Below the pieces are notes generated by a model. It ran no database searches. It was not told where the DNA came from and saw nothing but the letters and a program-made list of their open reading frames with translations. A DNA stretch of 64,000 nt from Antedon mediterranea. Taxonomy: Eukaryota; Animalia; Echinodermata. The stretch covers positions 19,378,912 through 19,442,911 of the forward strand of contig NC_092675.1 of assembly GCF_964355755.1 (NCBI RefSeq), in the 5' to 3' direction. Below, one piece after another: positions 12,985 to 28,366 of the stretch (the first letter of the stretch is position 1; the number at the start of each line of letters is the position of its first letter). The position numbers and the translations under genes are program-made.

Positions 12985-15900
12985 ATAGGTTTGTTTGTTA
13001 ACATGTTTGAGTTAACATTTGTTTAAACTTAGGGGTATTAAGACGGACACGTTTGTAAGCCGGCATTCTTGTCTAAAAAGCCTCTTAACCAGGATAGCAA
13101 TATTACACAAAAATTGATATTGTTTTCAAAGAAGTTACTGTGAGGAGGCGTGCGAGCATTTTAAATGTTTAAAGATTCGGTATTGCTGCTTACTGTTGAG
13201 AAAGATGACAACAACGTGTATTGCATATACATCGTGGGAAGTGGGTAACGGTCATACAGAAATACATCACAATAAATGGACGGAATTATCTAGTCTCTAA
13301 GGTTTGCCTATTAAAAACAAATTGCAATATTGTTCGTACTCAATGTAATGGTCGTAAAACCGTTCTAACGGACGTTGCGTTCCATAACCGTAGCAAGGGA
13401 CTCGCAAAATGGGCGACTTAGGAATGAGTTATCGATTCTAGTGTAATTTTCAATCTATTCTATGTAGCATGCTTACGTCATCTGCATAAATACAGTACAT
13501 AGTTGGACAAACAGTTTGGGTTTTTCGTTCGCCGTCTCCGAAAAGTGTATTGGGTTCTTTTGTCTTACGTTTGTTGACGTACAGTGGACCTACGCTTGAG
13601 CCATATTATTACAGACCAATATATTATCACGAAAGACACTGCTAATGTCGGTATTTTGAACAATGGAATCCGAAAACAAACTAAATGTATAAGCTTTTCT
13701 ATTTACAGTCCAATCAGAGGGGATGGAGGCTGTTCTGTTCTACCCTTCTGTTTAAGTCTTACTTGTGGTAAAGTATTGATCATAAGATTAAAAATAAAAG
13801 GTGTGCCAGATTTTTTCCTCGTATTTGTTTGAAACAATAATGATTAATTTATTTTCAAAATATTCTATTTCATTAGATTTATTTACATACTACTTTAATC
13901 CGCTAACAATGAATAATGGAGTGGTGTGAGTGGGAGATCAACGAATGTAGGTAAATGCCTGCAAGAGATGATTAAAAAACATCTTGTATGATATAATACC
14001 GATTTTTTTTCAGGTAATGACATACATGAATATTCGTCTACCTGTATACTCCAGAGAATGCGTCATTTAGGATAGAAACAGAACGAGACAATTAAAACCA
14101 GGTTATGTTGTCATGGAAACGCGGTGCTGATTTACTAAATTGCTTTAAAAATTATTTCACACAAAATGACAAACTACCTTTTGTACACTCTTTAGTGGTA
14201 ATTGTCTTTGTGTTTGAACGTTTAGCAGCAGAATTTAAGACATATTCCACGTTATTATACACCGTTTAACACCTCCAAGCGTTCTAATAGCGTTTAGCCC
14301 ATTTGGAATCATGTTGGCTGCACATGCATGACCTGGTTTCCGATCCCAGAAACGCATTCTATTTAGTATTCCAGGTGTGTTTCAAACAATACGTTATTTA
14401 ACCATTGTATTCTTGCTAATAACATATTTTTCAAGGGTATAGAAAACCCGTGAAACAATGAATGATTGAGTACCTGCTCGAGGCGAAGTAAGAGTAAACG
14501 GATTTTTTTTTCTGTTGTGTTGGTCTGGGCCTACAGAATGTACTGTGAACCTTCGTCCTCTGGTGATTCTTGATTCATATTTAAGCAGATGTTTCAAGAA
14601 AAGATAATGGTATAACTCTTTTGATGACAACGTCAGGCCTTCTAGCAGTGCCCTACTACAATAGGAATGGTCCACATCACCTGGACGGTTAGTCGTAGCG
14701 GCCACATCAAACATCAATTAACAAGAAAAACCAAGCAAACATAATCTATGCCCTATGCCCGATGTTTCATTTAAGTCTCAGACTTACATCTCCTGCAAAT
14801 GTGATGCAATATTATAAACTAAAAACAGGACAAGACAATTATGTACTGGTTCTTATTTGTTTAAAAAAGAATAATTTATAATATATAAACACACTGTGTT
14901 CTTCTTTCAGCAAATAAACACAATTGCCAGCAGTGAGATGATTCTTGTGGAAATTATTTTTTTTTCTTTTGCAGATTGATGTCAGAATACCTCGATGATG
15001 ACAATACACTGTTAATGCACACTGAAGTCTTCAGCAAAATAAGAGCAACGTTTTCAATGTTAGTCTACTGTATGTATAGGAATAAACTGAAAAAAAGAAC
15101 AAGAATACACTGGTATTATATATGATCAACAATAGTTCAAAATTGTATGTCAAAATATTTTGTAGGTTTGAAAAGTCTGGCCATCTAGATTGTTAATCGA
15201 TCGAGGTATTATATAATGCGATTTTAAAAATACTTAAATTTCGTAATAGTTGTAAATATCATATGCAAAAACAATGAATAATAGGCTTCTTATGAGTAAT
15301 GTGTATGACACGTGCTAATATCCATATCATTTTGTTAACAATGTAATTAACCTGTAATTGATATCATATATGGATTAGACGCTTTTTACGATACAGCTGG
15401 CTATATATAAAAAGAAGGCTATGGAATCGTACAATCAGTCCTGAGACATTGGGCTTATTGAAAATATCAAGTGCCTTCAACTCAGGCGTAAACTGTTTTG
15501 TAACGTGATAGCTTCAGAAAAGCAAATCGCTAATTGATCGCGGTGAGTTTTGAGAATTGGGAAGCAAATTGGGAAGTAAATTACTTAATTTCACGTTGAA
15601 AACAAAGATGTAGTTATCTTGACCCGGCAACGACCTTTGTGTGAAGCGTGTTAGTCTGTCTGTTGAAGATAAAGTTAAAGTAGGTGGAATGGCCGCGTAA
15701 TTTACACACACTCGAATGCGTTTACAATTGACAAGGGTCAACGCACCTTAAACGGTTTAGATAGAATATGACGTGAAAATAATTTGAATATTGATAATGA
15801 ATACTTATGGTGTATAAATAAATCAGAGAATCTGCATTTGCTAATTAAATTTTAAGTTTAAGCACGCATATATGATCAGCATTCTATTAATGTTATTTTC

Positions 15901-16534
15901 ATTACCAATTAATATAAGCTAATGATCAGAATTGTCGCGGTTCAGGCGACAACACTGTTCATAGACATATGAATGGATTCATTCAAAATAACATCTTTTA
16001 ACACCGGTACATCGTCATAAGGTACCTAAAATCAATAAACTAAGCCTCTATAATGTATAAACCACTCACTAATATGATTTTAATCAAACCTAAATTTTCT
16101 CTAATTTTATTCCTCACCTATAATGTTAAATTACGATTAAATTACCGACTAATTCTCAACAGCGAAATTTACAGACTGCGACATCTACATTGAGCTTCAT
16201 ACTGACCACAATACAGACGTCGTTATATCAGGACTTAATTTATCTATCGTATAAGTAAAATAGATTTGGCAAGATATTAGCCACCGATTTAAATCTGACT
16301 TAACGATTAATTGAAACCGTTTGGCGGCTTTCATTGATTTCCCCCGTTTGATGCCATGTTATACTTTGGATTTTTTGTATAGATATTTATATCGCTGTCA
16401 CTAATTTTCTACATCTCATATTTCCTCTTTGCCGTTAGGGGTTTTAAAGTATAATGTAGGCTGGTTGTTACACATTATCCGCAGTTTAACGTATTATATT
16501 TTACAAGAAAATATATTGTATGTTTAAAGTTAAC

Positions 16535-16967
16535 GGGTACTCATTCTGGTCGTGAACAGATAATCAATATTGCTGAGTTCAAAATATGGGAAAATGTATA
16601 TACAACTCCTACTTATAACGTTACCGGTCTTTATTGCGGTTATATTTTACAAGAAAATATATTGTAAGGGTTCTCATTCACTTCTAGGTCAGAGTTCAAT
16701 ATAGGTGAAAGTTTTATAGGCCCTACTTTTTAAATACAATATGTGAAAGAGAAAAGGGTACTCATTCTCGTCGTGAACAGATAATCAGTATTGCTGAGTT
16801 CAAAATAGGGGAAAATGTGTATACAACTCCTACTTGTAACGTTACCGGTCTTTATTGAGGTTATATTTTACAAGAAAATATATTGTAAGGGTTCTCATTC
16901 ACTTCTAGGTCAGAGTTTAATATAGGTGAAAGTGTTATATGCCCTACTTTTTAAATACAATATGTGA
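16535..16967. repeat. Tandem duplication, period 221 bp
   Basis: GGGTACTCATTCT...AATACAATATGTGA occurs at 16535 and again at 16756 with few substitutions. Confidence 0.9.
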
Positions 16968-17418
16968 TACGGTATTTTATGGTTCTGTTTAAAGTTAACG
17001 GTACGTTTACTGAATTGGTCAAATAATCATTAGGTTGATGGGATTTGGAAAACCGATGTTTTATAATAAATAATATTTTAAAATTTAAAAATAAAATTAT
17101 CTGCTATACATCAATTTTGACAAACTATCCTATTTCAAATTACGTTTTGATGTTATTGTAAGCTTACCCTAAATACAATTTGGGTGGGAGTTATAATAAC
17201 AGAATAAACTATGACAAATGAAAGTAGATAATTGTCTGTAGAGTCCAGTCTACGAAGATAAAATTATTTTGTATTAATACATTGTTGTAATAATGAAATA
17301 TAAACACACGCCCACATTATTCAAATTACTGGATAGCATTACAATTTTATTCTATTATAACAACATATTTTTCCAATGTTTTTTTATGGGGTTTACCAAG
17401 ATTATTAATCCATTAGAA

Positions 17419-18208
17419 GTTTTTAGTCGCGTGGAAGCGACTCTATAGTTCACTATGTCGGTCGGTCGGTCTGTCTGTCGGTCTGTCTGTCGGTCTGTCT
17501 GTCTGTCTGTCGGTCCGGTATCACTACGCGTTTTATCACTTTATGACCTTATCTTGATATCAGTTTAATCTAGCTAAGTCAATTTTTCACAGAATATTCC
17601 TTATGGCCAGGAATCGATGTGGTTATGTTTTCACGGTGCGCAATAAAAAATTACGCGGTCTACGCACGATTTAACGAAATCACGTTTGTAATCATATCTT
17701 AACAACCATGAATCACAATTAAATAAAAGTTGGTACTCATAAATTTCAGGGCATAAATCATCATATGGCAATACAATTACGTGCGTAGCGCATGTAACGC
17801 ATGCGTACGCGCGCTTAAAATTTTCAAAATTTATTTTCGATGAAATAAGAGTACGTTTCAGGCAATTTTAAGCGTTTACAAAATTGCCATGAGTGCGCAG
17901 ATTTTGCGCGCACACTGCGCGTTAAATGTTATTGCGCACTCTTTTTGCCCGATTTCTGTTTTCTTGACTTACTTTTCAACTCGAAATTACGTTATACGAG
18001 CACGTCAAAAGTGACAGGCTACGCACGTGTAAATTAAAAAAATATAAATGTTTTTAAACATTTCAACATTTTTAAACATGTTCAGTAATTTCGGTCAGTA
18101 TAGTTCACTATGTTGGTCGGTCCGTCTGTCTGTCGGTCGGTCTGTTTGTCTGTCGGTCCGGTATCACTATGCATTGTAGCACGCGACTTAATGGCTGTTG
18201 GCCTTGTT
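17419..18208 (+). mobile_element. Helentron-associated INE (DINE-1-like) non-autonomous element
   Basis: Starts in a T run. SubTIRs AGTCGCGTG (17426) and CACGCGACT (18180), short IR GCGACT, (GTCK)n microsatellite 17456-17515 repeated at 18115-18160, and 3' GGC..GCC stem followed by TTGTT. Confidence 0.75.
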
Positions 18209-18293
18209 CATTTTTGACGACCTCTAGGACCTATGAACGTAAGTTAAATAATTGTACGCATGCGGGTACGCAAAATTTGACGTGTTTCCCTAA

Positions 18294-18561
18294 TCGTGGT
18301 TCCCACTAGCGACGCAACACAAAGACGTAACGCAACGCAAGTGAATTGACCAATCACAAGCGATGGCTTATTCGCTTGTGATTGCTAACCGTCTATAACT
18401 TCGCTTGTCATTGGTTAAAACGCTTGCGTTGCGTTTACGTCCTTGCATTACGTTCTAGTGGGAACCAAGCTTTACTATCTATAAATTCGCTTGTCATTGG
18501 TTAAAACGCTTGCGTTGCGTTTACGTACGTCCTTGCGTTACGTTCTAATGGGAACCAAGCT
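18294..18561. mobile_element. MITE family A (TIR AGCKTGGTTCCCACTAG) with partial tandem duplication of its 3' part
   Basis: 18294-18471 is a near-palindromic element, the reverse complement of the copies at 40447 and 42282. 18477-18561 repeats its last ~85 bp. Confidence 0.85.
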
Positions 18562-21182
18562 TGACTTGATTTCTCGAAACCGGCGGATTCTAGACTGTTA
18601 CGGTCCAGGCGATGACCAACGACGACAGTTCCAGTATTCATAGAAAAAACATGAGTAAATTAAGATCGAACTAACCTCAGCCACAATTTTTTTTTTTAGA
18701 TCTACGTTCTATAGCCTCCATTGTATTATGTACAGCATATCACTTTCAGTTTATATTTATGTAGGCCTACTTGGCTTATGTTATCAACAAAACCGAACTG
18801 ACATTCTTTGAATGGAAGAAATGTAATGGATATGGATAAAGATGGTTCTCGTCATGTATACAGTATATCTAAACCACTGTTTAATTGCGTATGGCTTATA
18901 AGGGTGATTTAAGAAACTTTTAGTTAAACTATTACATATAGGCATATTTCGTTAGCTTCCCGGTCCTAAACGGAACAGTAATATCCACTATCATTATGTT
19001 TAATCAATTACACATATCAATACGGCCAATTAGGAGTTTGTCAGAATACACGCTATAAATTCCCAATGTCCAATATTAGTAGCCAAGAAATTCATGTCCA
19101 AATGGATAATGAATATATCGCCTATCTTCTACGTAGCAAGATTGTCATCAATCATGCGTGATAACGTGATGTTGATGCGTAGCTATAAATGTCTAAAAAA
19201 AAAATTTTGAGTCATAGAAACCGAGAAACGTGTGACGATATAGAGGGCGCGCTATCAAAAGATTCAGCAATCATGTTTTTTTAAACTTAAAATAAAAGTA
19301 GCCCGGTTCGTTGGAGACGTGTTAATTTATAATTTGTATAATTTCAATTCTGATTCATGGATACAGTTGTATTATTCGTACCTTGTTTATGAATGAATGA
19401 TTCTTCTTTTACATTCACTTACAATTTTCGATTTCTTCATGACAGAGAGAATTTGGCCTTTGGCGGTTTCGCGACTGTTTGCCGAACAGAGCTCCGTGAC
19501 ACTTTCAATAAATTACTCCTTGTAGAGTTGATTTAGCGCTTAAGCATGTGCGCTGGAAATAAGGATACTGAAACAAATTTTACAAATGTAGGGCATCCAC
19601 TGAAGAAGGCATTCGTTCGGCTATTCATTCATAAGAATATGGAAGAATCATCAACGACGATACGTTCTACCTTTCTGCTACTTTACTTTTTACAAAAAGT
19701 GCGTATCGTACTTGTTTTGCATCGGTGTACTGTTTTATAACTGACGAATGAAACATATTGCAAACTTGTTCTCAACCTAATATAAAAAAATAAATAAAAT
19801 ATTGGGGGTATATGGCATTCCAATCAAATAATAATATCCTGCACACGCCCTTCTTCTGTTCAAATACAACCAAGCCAATATTTGACAAAAAAAATTCTCT
19901 TTATCACTTTAGTAGCAGTATTTACATTTTTATTCTAATCATAATAATTATGTTACAATAGTCACCAGCACACAACAGGGACGGGATTCACAGAAGTATT
20001 ATTGTGTAATAACACTAAGGTAGTAAAGACGGTCGGAAGCCAACCTAAACGATTGGAGATATATGCATATTACATTATTAAAACTAACATTTCATATTAA
20101 TTTAATGCAGAACGTTCTTTGTAATAACAATAATGCTAAGGTAATATTATTATAATCTACATTGTCCTATTGTGTCCTATTGTGTCTTAAATATAATAGA
20201 GTTTTATTTTATATTTAAAATAACGTCATGCGATTTTTACATGGAAGGAATTATCATATGAACGGACAGAATTACAATGGACGGAAGAAATATTTTGCAT
20301 ATTATATTTTTACAGAATATGTTAATTTGAAGCATAATTATTACATACAATACAAAATGAAATTAAATGCATTAATAGAACTGGTGGCGTAATTTGTTTT
20401 ATTCATACAATACTACATAGGTAGATATTCTTCAAGCCCAAATATAATTTTATTTAATAGCTAATACTGTAATATGATAAATTGAAATTATTTTATAGGG
20501 ATATATTCTGTTTTAGCAACACAGTACGATTAAAACAAACATTATTTTAAATTGTATATACTCTTCTTTACATGAATTACAATTACATTGTAGTGTATTA
20601 GTATACTTAAAATCTTAAGTATTTCTTTTTACAAATAGGACATCACAGAGGTATCCATTATTCACAGCTACCAACAAATCGGTCGCACGATTTTTTATCG
20701 AAGAGAGTCAAAGAGATCGGGTTGTCTATTTTAGGGTTACATTGATTATTTAGAATTTAGGTATTGCTTTTTAAGAGCATGCGGTCAATTTTCTTGGCTG
20801 CTGTATACGTTGTAATCATAGTTGTATGGGATTTAAACCAAACATTTTAAGGCAAGTATCACAAAGCCTTCATTTCATGTGTGATCGCTAGATAAATTCC
20901 AATTTGGAAAATGTTTTGGAAAAAATGTGGAAGATCTTAAAGCTGATGGTAAGGAATACAGATGTATTGTTGTAGAGGAAAAATAATTATCAAAACATTA
21001 TAGTTTTATATTTACATATTATATATTTAAATTATGAAAGAATAAAATCAAAAACAAGATTGGCTTTTTTACAAAAGAAAAAATATCATCGGCGGGTTAA
21101 TGAAAGACATTTTATGGATACAAATAAGAATACACATTTGGTGGATAAATATTTATTTGAATTTTTATGTGAATGCTGTGTT

Positions 21183-24100
21183 TTAAACACCTAGTATAAA
21201 TGCATGGTTTGAGTTTGTTCTTGATTCTGATAGCTCCATCTTGGGTGCTATTGGGTTGTTCAGCGTTGCATTAAATGTTCCTTTTAGGACTGTATCTTGA
21301 ATTAGTGGACTCATCTAAAAAAAAAGGAAACATATTAGTTATTGTTGAATATAGATTTGGTTAAGTTTCCATATCATTCAACCATGGTAAAATTCACCTA
21401 ATAATACTGTATAAATATGCTTCTTGTTTGGTTTAATTTAGGTTTTGAAAGTGCATATATGAATAGAATTCACTGACTAATATTTCCCCTGGGTGACACC
21501 AAATGCACCCTCTGGTTTTGATGCAAAAATAGATTTCTATATTGCATTGTTGGATATTTGTCAACAGGCTCTGTTCTTTGGTATGGCATAGTCATTCAAA
21601 ATGAATTGTTCATGCAATCATTTATGGTTGGAATATTCAAAAATTAAGTAAAAGATACACATATTCCATAGATAATTTATTTAATATTCAACAAATTCCA
21701 TTTTTATTAATCAGTACAATTAGAGTACCCATTTATACTCCTGCCTAACAACATATGCAGTGTGTGTGAGTATAAAACTTCTTCATTAAGAACAGAACTG
21801 AGCAGAAAAACAAGATCAGATGAATTACGGTAAGGTTCAGATTGTAGCTATAAAAGCATCGCAATTATCAACACACGTGAGAATATGAAGAATATGTCTT
21901 TTTGAAATAACCAATTCAGTCAAGATTAAATTGATTTCTCAGAGTACAATGAATATTGCATGAAGCAAGCCAAAGTGACTAATTTAAACATTGAACAAAC
22001 ATGATGCAAATATATAATACACACAGAGAGCATCAAGAACGCAACATTTTATACTAACCTATACTAAACTATACATATATACAACTGCACAAATCAATTT
22101 AGGTCAAATAAAAGTTCGATTTCGATGTCAAATGAAATTTCTTTTGGTGGTGGAAAAAATAATGTTTATTTTATAGATTTCTAGTCGCATCATGAGTATT
22201 TTGTTATATATATTAATAATTGAAGAATGTCACATATAAAAACATAAATATTTATGTGATTCTGGGTTTAAATACAGTAGGATGAATAAGTTGGGAATTC
22301 TTATACTGTACAGTAGTTAGTTTCTTCTTCTTAAGTTTTTAGTGTACAATGAAGGAGAGAGTATGGTCCTATCTGATATCTATAAATACATACATAGTTT
22401 GCAAACTTGTGATGGTTACATATAGGATAAAAATAACTTTACTAATAACTCATCTATTCTCATTTATTCCTAACAAATCTCTGATGGTAGCTTTGAATAT
22501 TCCCACCATCATTTAGAGTGAGTCAAGGAGATAAAAAAATAAACCTTGCCGAAATAAATTAAAATCTGTGAGCTGAAGAGGATTTATCTTGGAAAATATA
22601 TTGCCAAGGGAGGAATTCAACTGCGGAAGAGTTCCTTTCTTTTGAAGAACAATTAGTTTATAGTTATTTGGGTGAGTGTTGGCCCAGAGAGTAACCAGGG
22701 TTCTAACAATTCATCAATGCTGAGGCTGAGAAATTTCACAAAGTTGTGTCTATCATACAAGACATTTATGAATATTGCAGTTAATACCATAAATCATTCG
22801 ATCATATCACGTTAACAATGTTTACTATAAATTGGAGCACAATATCTAGTAATAAACTGACACTTTAATGATAAGTGAAAACTGTACATTAGCAAAACAA
22901 GGACATATTATCAACAGTGTAACTTTCCCCAGAAAATTATTAGGTAATTCTGAAAATGAGTTCAATTTAGATATACAATATTGATGAGAGAATAATAAGG
23001 CATGATAAATGAGAAAAGTTTTCTGTCATTGAATGTCATATAAATGAATGAATACAGATTGTTTAAAAGCAGGTCTGAAGCCCAAAGTTCAGAAATACGT
23101 TGTCAGTTTAAAATGTGTTCAAATTAAATTGCAGGTGATTGTTCATGTATGATTAAACAAATATGGGTGTAGATCTTTTTTAACAATAGCATTGTACTGT
23201 TTGTAAATTGTAGTGGATATAATTTAATTTTAGAGATATGTAAAATTAGTGTTTAATACATGAAGCATAGATTGAATTATTATGCTTAATTATTAATAAA
23301 CTAAATTCTAAATTATTATTGATATGTTTTTAATTACAAGTTTAGGTGAAAGTTTTATTTTCATAATGAAATATTATTTGCTTTTATTTTTATTTTATAA
23401 ATATATTATTTTAAATATGAGAAAAATATTAATAATTCACTATAGTTTTCTATAAAATACAACAGTTTGTAATATTTACAAAAATATTTACACCAACCTC
23501 ATATGAACCTGGTCCAGGATTATCATTTTTTAGCTCTTTGAAACGGGTGTCTTTATTAACCATAAGTCCCAACTTTATACTACTACGATTATCTTCTGGT
23601 CTGTATGTACCAGGGCCTAGAAAAGCAAAAACACAGAAAAAATGTTAATGAAATTAATGAAATCAATAGAATGAGGGAGTAAGATGGCACAATTGTAAAA
23701 AAAACACACTGTATATTATATAAAGCTCAGTGTCTACACTATCAAACTAGCTTGAGAAAAAAGTGTGATATACCCAAAAATGGTAGTAATATGCCATCAT
23801 CATGTCCATATATCGGCACATCATATTTTTTTGTCACATAAAGTTTAATAGTGTAGACAGAGCTTAAGAGAAGCATGAATTTGTATCAATGTTGTCTTAT
23901 GAAAGTTTATGCCGTTCATCTTTAGTAAAGTACCTGGATTTGCAGATTCTGGTTTCTCAATGATGATATCTCTTGGTTGTGAGAACCTGGAAGAAGATGA
24001 CAGGAAAGATCCTTTCTTTCGTTTTCCAACCACAGACCTCGGAGGAGCTGGTTCTACCTTTTTCTGGGTTCGATCATATGACTTGCTGACCTCATAAGCA

Positions 24101-27100
24101 CCTGGAGGTGGCACTTCCTGCAAAATTAAAACATTTTACAATATTATAATATTATTGAAAAAAAAATGATTGCTGCCATGCTCAATGTACAGTATTATCC
24201 TTCATGCAAACTTTCAATATTAAAGAGCTAAACGACCTATGACCTAGCTATGTCATATCAATATGTGCAAAGTGTGCTTCCTTGCCTAGGCTCAATTGTG
24301 CCGGATTCAATATGCATAATTGTTCTAGGTTGTCGGAAATAGAAAGCTCCCTAATAGTACCTTTATGTACATAAAAAAAAAATTGGAAACCATTTTTTTT
24401 TTCAAATTTCCAAAAAAATAAGAAAGAGAAAATACAAAATAGGTAAAATCAAATTAACATAGTGTCACAATAATGACAAATTGTCACAGTGCCAAAATTA
24501 TGACAATTATACACATAACACGTAAAGTATATAAGTTCAAGTTTTTATTTTAAAAAGGTTCATCAATATTTTTTTTCATTGAAAATGCATTTTTCAATCA
24601 ATTTTCATTTTGCTACTTAAAATAAAAGTCAATGACCTGCAGGAAAGTTAATTATGCATTTCATAGGCATTTATTGAATGCAAAATAACCTGAAGAAGTG
24701 CATCACCTTGGAATAGTTCTATTTTATTATCTGAAATGGAATAATATTTATTAGCAATTCACGAAAAAATTACAAACCTTTATGATAGGTGGAGGTGAGT
24801 GAAGTCTGTTTGTCTGTGAGGAGAAATTTGCTGTTGTATTATGCGAATATCTACTATAGTCTGGTTTGTCTACAAGTTGGTAGTGTGCTGGGCCTGGTTG
24901 TGCAGATTCCGATCTCTTTGTTATTGGTTTAATGCGTACTGATGTGGATCCGAATGCACCTCTTCTAGTACTTTCCATGTAAGCTTTCCGTACACTGTCC
25001 TGTGCTATGCCTCTAAAATGATATGACCCTGGTCCTGAATGAAATAAAAAGATAATTGATTAAAACATTCATAAGTGAAGATCTTTATAAATCGCATTAT
25101 AAATACAAATCTATTATCTAATAACAAACCTGGTGTTTTTTGTATATGAGGTTCTTGACCAAATCTGAGAGCTGTTTGACCAAACGGACTTCGTTTTAAG
25201 CCTTTTGTTCGCTTGAGAACTTCTAAGGAATGCCGTGGGTCATTGTATGTTCCTGGTGCTGGACCTGAGGTTCGTGGATCTGAAAATCTCTGTAATCAAA
25301 GTATTGAAAATGAATTAAACCACGGAAGAGACAAAATTATACCATACATGATTTAGAGATTATGCATCAAGATCCAACAAATAGGTTTACATTTGTGATT
25401 AAACATTAACACAGAACAGAGAACACAAATACGAGTTAAAAAACTCAAACATGTAAAATAAATACATTACAATGAATGGAACTAATACAATGTGTATTTT
25501 AAACTGAGTTTGCTCTCTCGAATTCATTAAGTGCTTTGTATGTTTTTACATGTCTGTGTATTATATTACTCTTAGTGTGTTTATATGGAATTGCTACTGC
25601 ATATTGATTTACAAATAAAAAACAATAATAAGTCAACCAATATAGATATAAATAACAATGAACAATAAAAAACGATTCTATGAATAAAATATTTTGTATT
25701 ATTTGGTGGGTGGATGTCTATTGATTATTTTACACAAAACAAGTAAATATTTGCACATTTTAAAATGCCATAAATAACACAAAAGTGTAAATATCCACAA
25801 ACATAAATGCAACAAAATATACTCATTACACTCAACAAAATGTGAAAATACCTTTTCAAAGCACATTTGACTTTACAATTTATAAGAAATCAAGAAAGTA
25901 AGAAACTCTACCTTTGACTGCGACATAAATGGCGGGTGCTCAACTTCTAATCCTTCTGTATTTATTGATGGTTTTTTATTATCAAATTGGCTATTGATTT
26001 GATATTTGCCAGGCCCTGGAACAGCCTAAACACAAATATAACCAACAATTGATTAACAGTAATAATATATACTTACTTTTATTTACTCAATATACAGTTA
26101 CATTATTAGTTGATCATTAGTGCAAGTAAATATCCATTTTATTGATATTGACGAAATTTGTATAGTATATTTAAAATATGATCTCAAGCATTAAAATATG
26201 ACCTTTAAATAAAACTTTTAAAGTGCATGTGTTATTTTTATCTCTTTATTTTTATCTGCTTCTGTTTGATAATAAAAAAATACCCAATAAACTAACCTTT
26301 TTTTCATCTGCATGCACAATCAATTCATGGTATCGTGGCAGCCTAGAATCAAAGACCCTAGTACCTTCTTTAGCTTTCATGATCTCTGTTTCCATGCATT
26401 TTACTTGGTAGGGATTATACTCTCCAGGTCCTGGGCCTTGGTTCCCACTAAAATCCATCCTTGTTGATGCCATTCTGCTGAAGTGTACACCTTTGTATTT
26501 TGTAGTAGTCTTTGTATTTTCCTAGTAATTAAATGTATTTACAGTAAGTCTGACTATCAAGCCGGTTTGTTTCATTTTCACTCTCATAGATTTTCTTATC
26601 CTCACCATTCAACATTTATGCAGAGGATAAACAGAGAAAAACCTCTCCAACACCCTGCATCCCTCCCGACCCCCAGTGTGACAAATATGTTAGTACTGTA
26701 TGTAAATAAGTCTAAAACGAGACAAAATTTGATTAGCATCACTACCCTTGTTCCATTATTTATTAATAATAAACTTACATGATGTACATTGTAGAAGGCT
26801 GGTCCCATTGAAGAATCCCTTTCAGGGGCATCTTGTTTCTTGAGTTGTCCATCTTCATTTTCCTCATAACCGTATGACTGGCCAGGAGTTGGAATAGACG
26901 GTGCCTGGGCCTGCCGTTGATATCGAACCCTGGTGGTCATCAACTAAATATACCAAATATTAATTAGTGGTTCATAACGGCAAAGTTATGGGTTTGAATT
27001 TGGACAAGATCATGTATTCTATAAGAGGTTTTGTCTACAAATTTTTCTTTTATTGCTATTTTAAATGATCATCATAATAAAAATCATAATTAGCATTCAT

Positions 27101-27756
27101 AATTGAATGAATAAATATTATTCAAAACACATTGGCACTTACATTCCCTGGTGGTTTTATGTCATTTTCCAAGTTCTTCTTAATCCAGTCACTACTTTTT
27201 GACAAATTATATGAACCTGGACCAGGTGTCTTATTGGATGGAGTACTGTCTTGAAATCGTTGTGCACGGTTTGCTAGTGTACGACCACCTACAATTTTAT
27301 CTTGGCATACCAAAGGATCGTATTGTCCGGGTCCTGGAGCTGCTATAACACTATCTTGTACTGTCAAAAATGTTTCTCTTCTTGTCATCGAAGAAAATGG
27401 AGCATATCCATCTATAATTTAAAAAACAAATACAAAATTATTACAAGTTGACTGTGAAAATAAAATTGCCCTACAACAACTTTCAGATACTGTTTGTTTG
27501 TGTTTCTTATACTTTCAAACATTACTAACTTTTCTACTGTAGGCCTAGGCTAGTAGTAGTACAGTAGTACTACTACTCTAGGCCTGGCCCTAGGCCCAGT
27601 ACTACACAAAAGAGAGAAAATTAAAAAGGCAAATGTTTACGTACCTGATCTCAGTTTAGCATTTGTATGAATTAAATTTTCATATGTTCCAGGTCCTACG
27701 TTCGGTCCTGTTGAGTGTGATCCAGAAGTAAGCTGTCGTGGAGCTCTGTCATACAT
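21183..27756 (-). CDS. STPG2: Sperm-tail PG-rich repeat-containing protein 2 (SHIPPO-repeat family), multi-exon
   Basis: N-terminus MYDRAPRQLTSGSHSTGPNVGPGTYE, then DGYAPFSSMTRRE, many PGPGxY repeats, APSIPTPGQSYGYEE and STRRGAFGSTSVR. C-terminal exon MSPLIQDTVLKGTFNATLNNP..LGV*. Exons are bounded by GT-AG. Confidence 0.93.
23724..23864. mobile_element. PIF/Harbinger-type MITE family B in STPG2 intron
   Basis: TIRs AGCTC..TGTCTACACTATCAAACT / AGTTTAATAGTGTAGACAGAGCT flanked by TAA on both sides, a 3-bp TSD typical of Harbinger. Confidence 0.85.
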
Positions 27757-28366
27757 GGTTAATACTGTAGCTCTAATCAAGAATAAATGAAAATAGCTAG
27801 GCCTAACCAGGCCCCCTAGCCTAGCCTAGTGTAGTGGGTCTAATAATAATAACTTCCTTCCGGCGGTACTATAAAAGTCAGTCAGTCAGCTCTCTGTCTG
27901 GATCGTAACGTTTACGAAATTATGTACCACAGTGCACACAAGTTTACTGTTATGTCTAACAATCTTTTAAACTTAGTCCCATTAATGTTTACTTCTAGAA
28001 AGTTAGCAGTTTACAATGATCATCTCTCCAACGTATCACACACAAAGTGTAAACCACGTTAATCAACTAAACACACAACAAGGAAGCAGAAGAGAGACCG
28101 GAAAAACATGCACTTTGTGTTCACCGGTTGTCATGGAGCCAAGTAGAGGGCGCACGTCTAATCGAACGCGGAAGAAGTGTTTGCGTCATGTCCTTTATGT
28201 TAAACGCGTTTTTACTCTGTTAAACACAGCAACGCAGAGTGTAAACAACGTATGGTGGCGTGTGCGAAAGAAGGCTAGGCCAAAAATAAAGGCTTATCTT
28301 TAATTTAATTGAAAATAAGGTTATTTTTGCCTTGAATTAAATATTTGATTGAAATAAACAAGAACG
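27757..28366. promoter_or_regulatory. Probable bidirectional promoter between STPG2 and CHERP
   Basis: Divergent ATGs 611 bp apart and locally CpG-richer sequence. ETS-like CTTCCGG/CCGGAA/CGGAAG (27857, 28098, 28169), X-box-like GTTGTCATGGAGCC (28127-28140) and TGCGTCA (28182). Confidence 0.6.

Noticed and set aside
9641-28157. CTCF-like words (CCTGCTGATGGCGC ~9643, TAGAGGGCGC ~19241 and ~28144)
   Set aside because: Only partial matches by eye; not distinguishable from chance without PWM scoring or ChIP.
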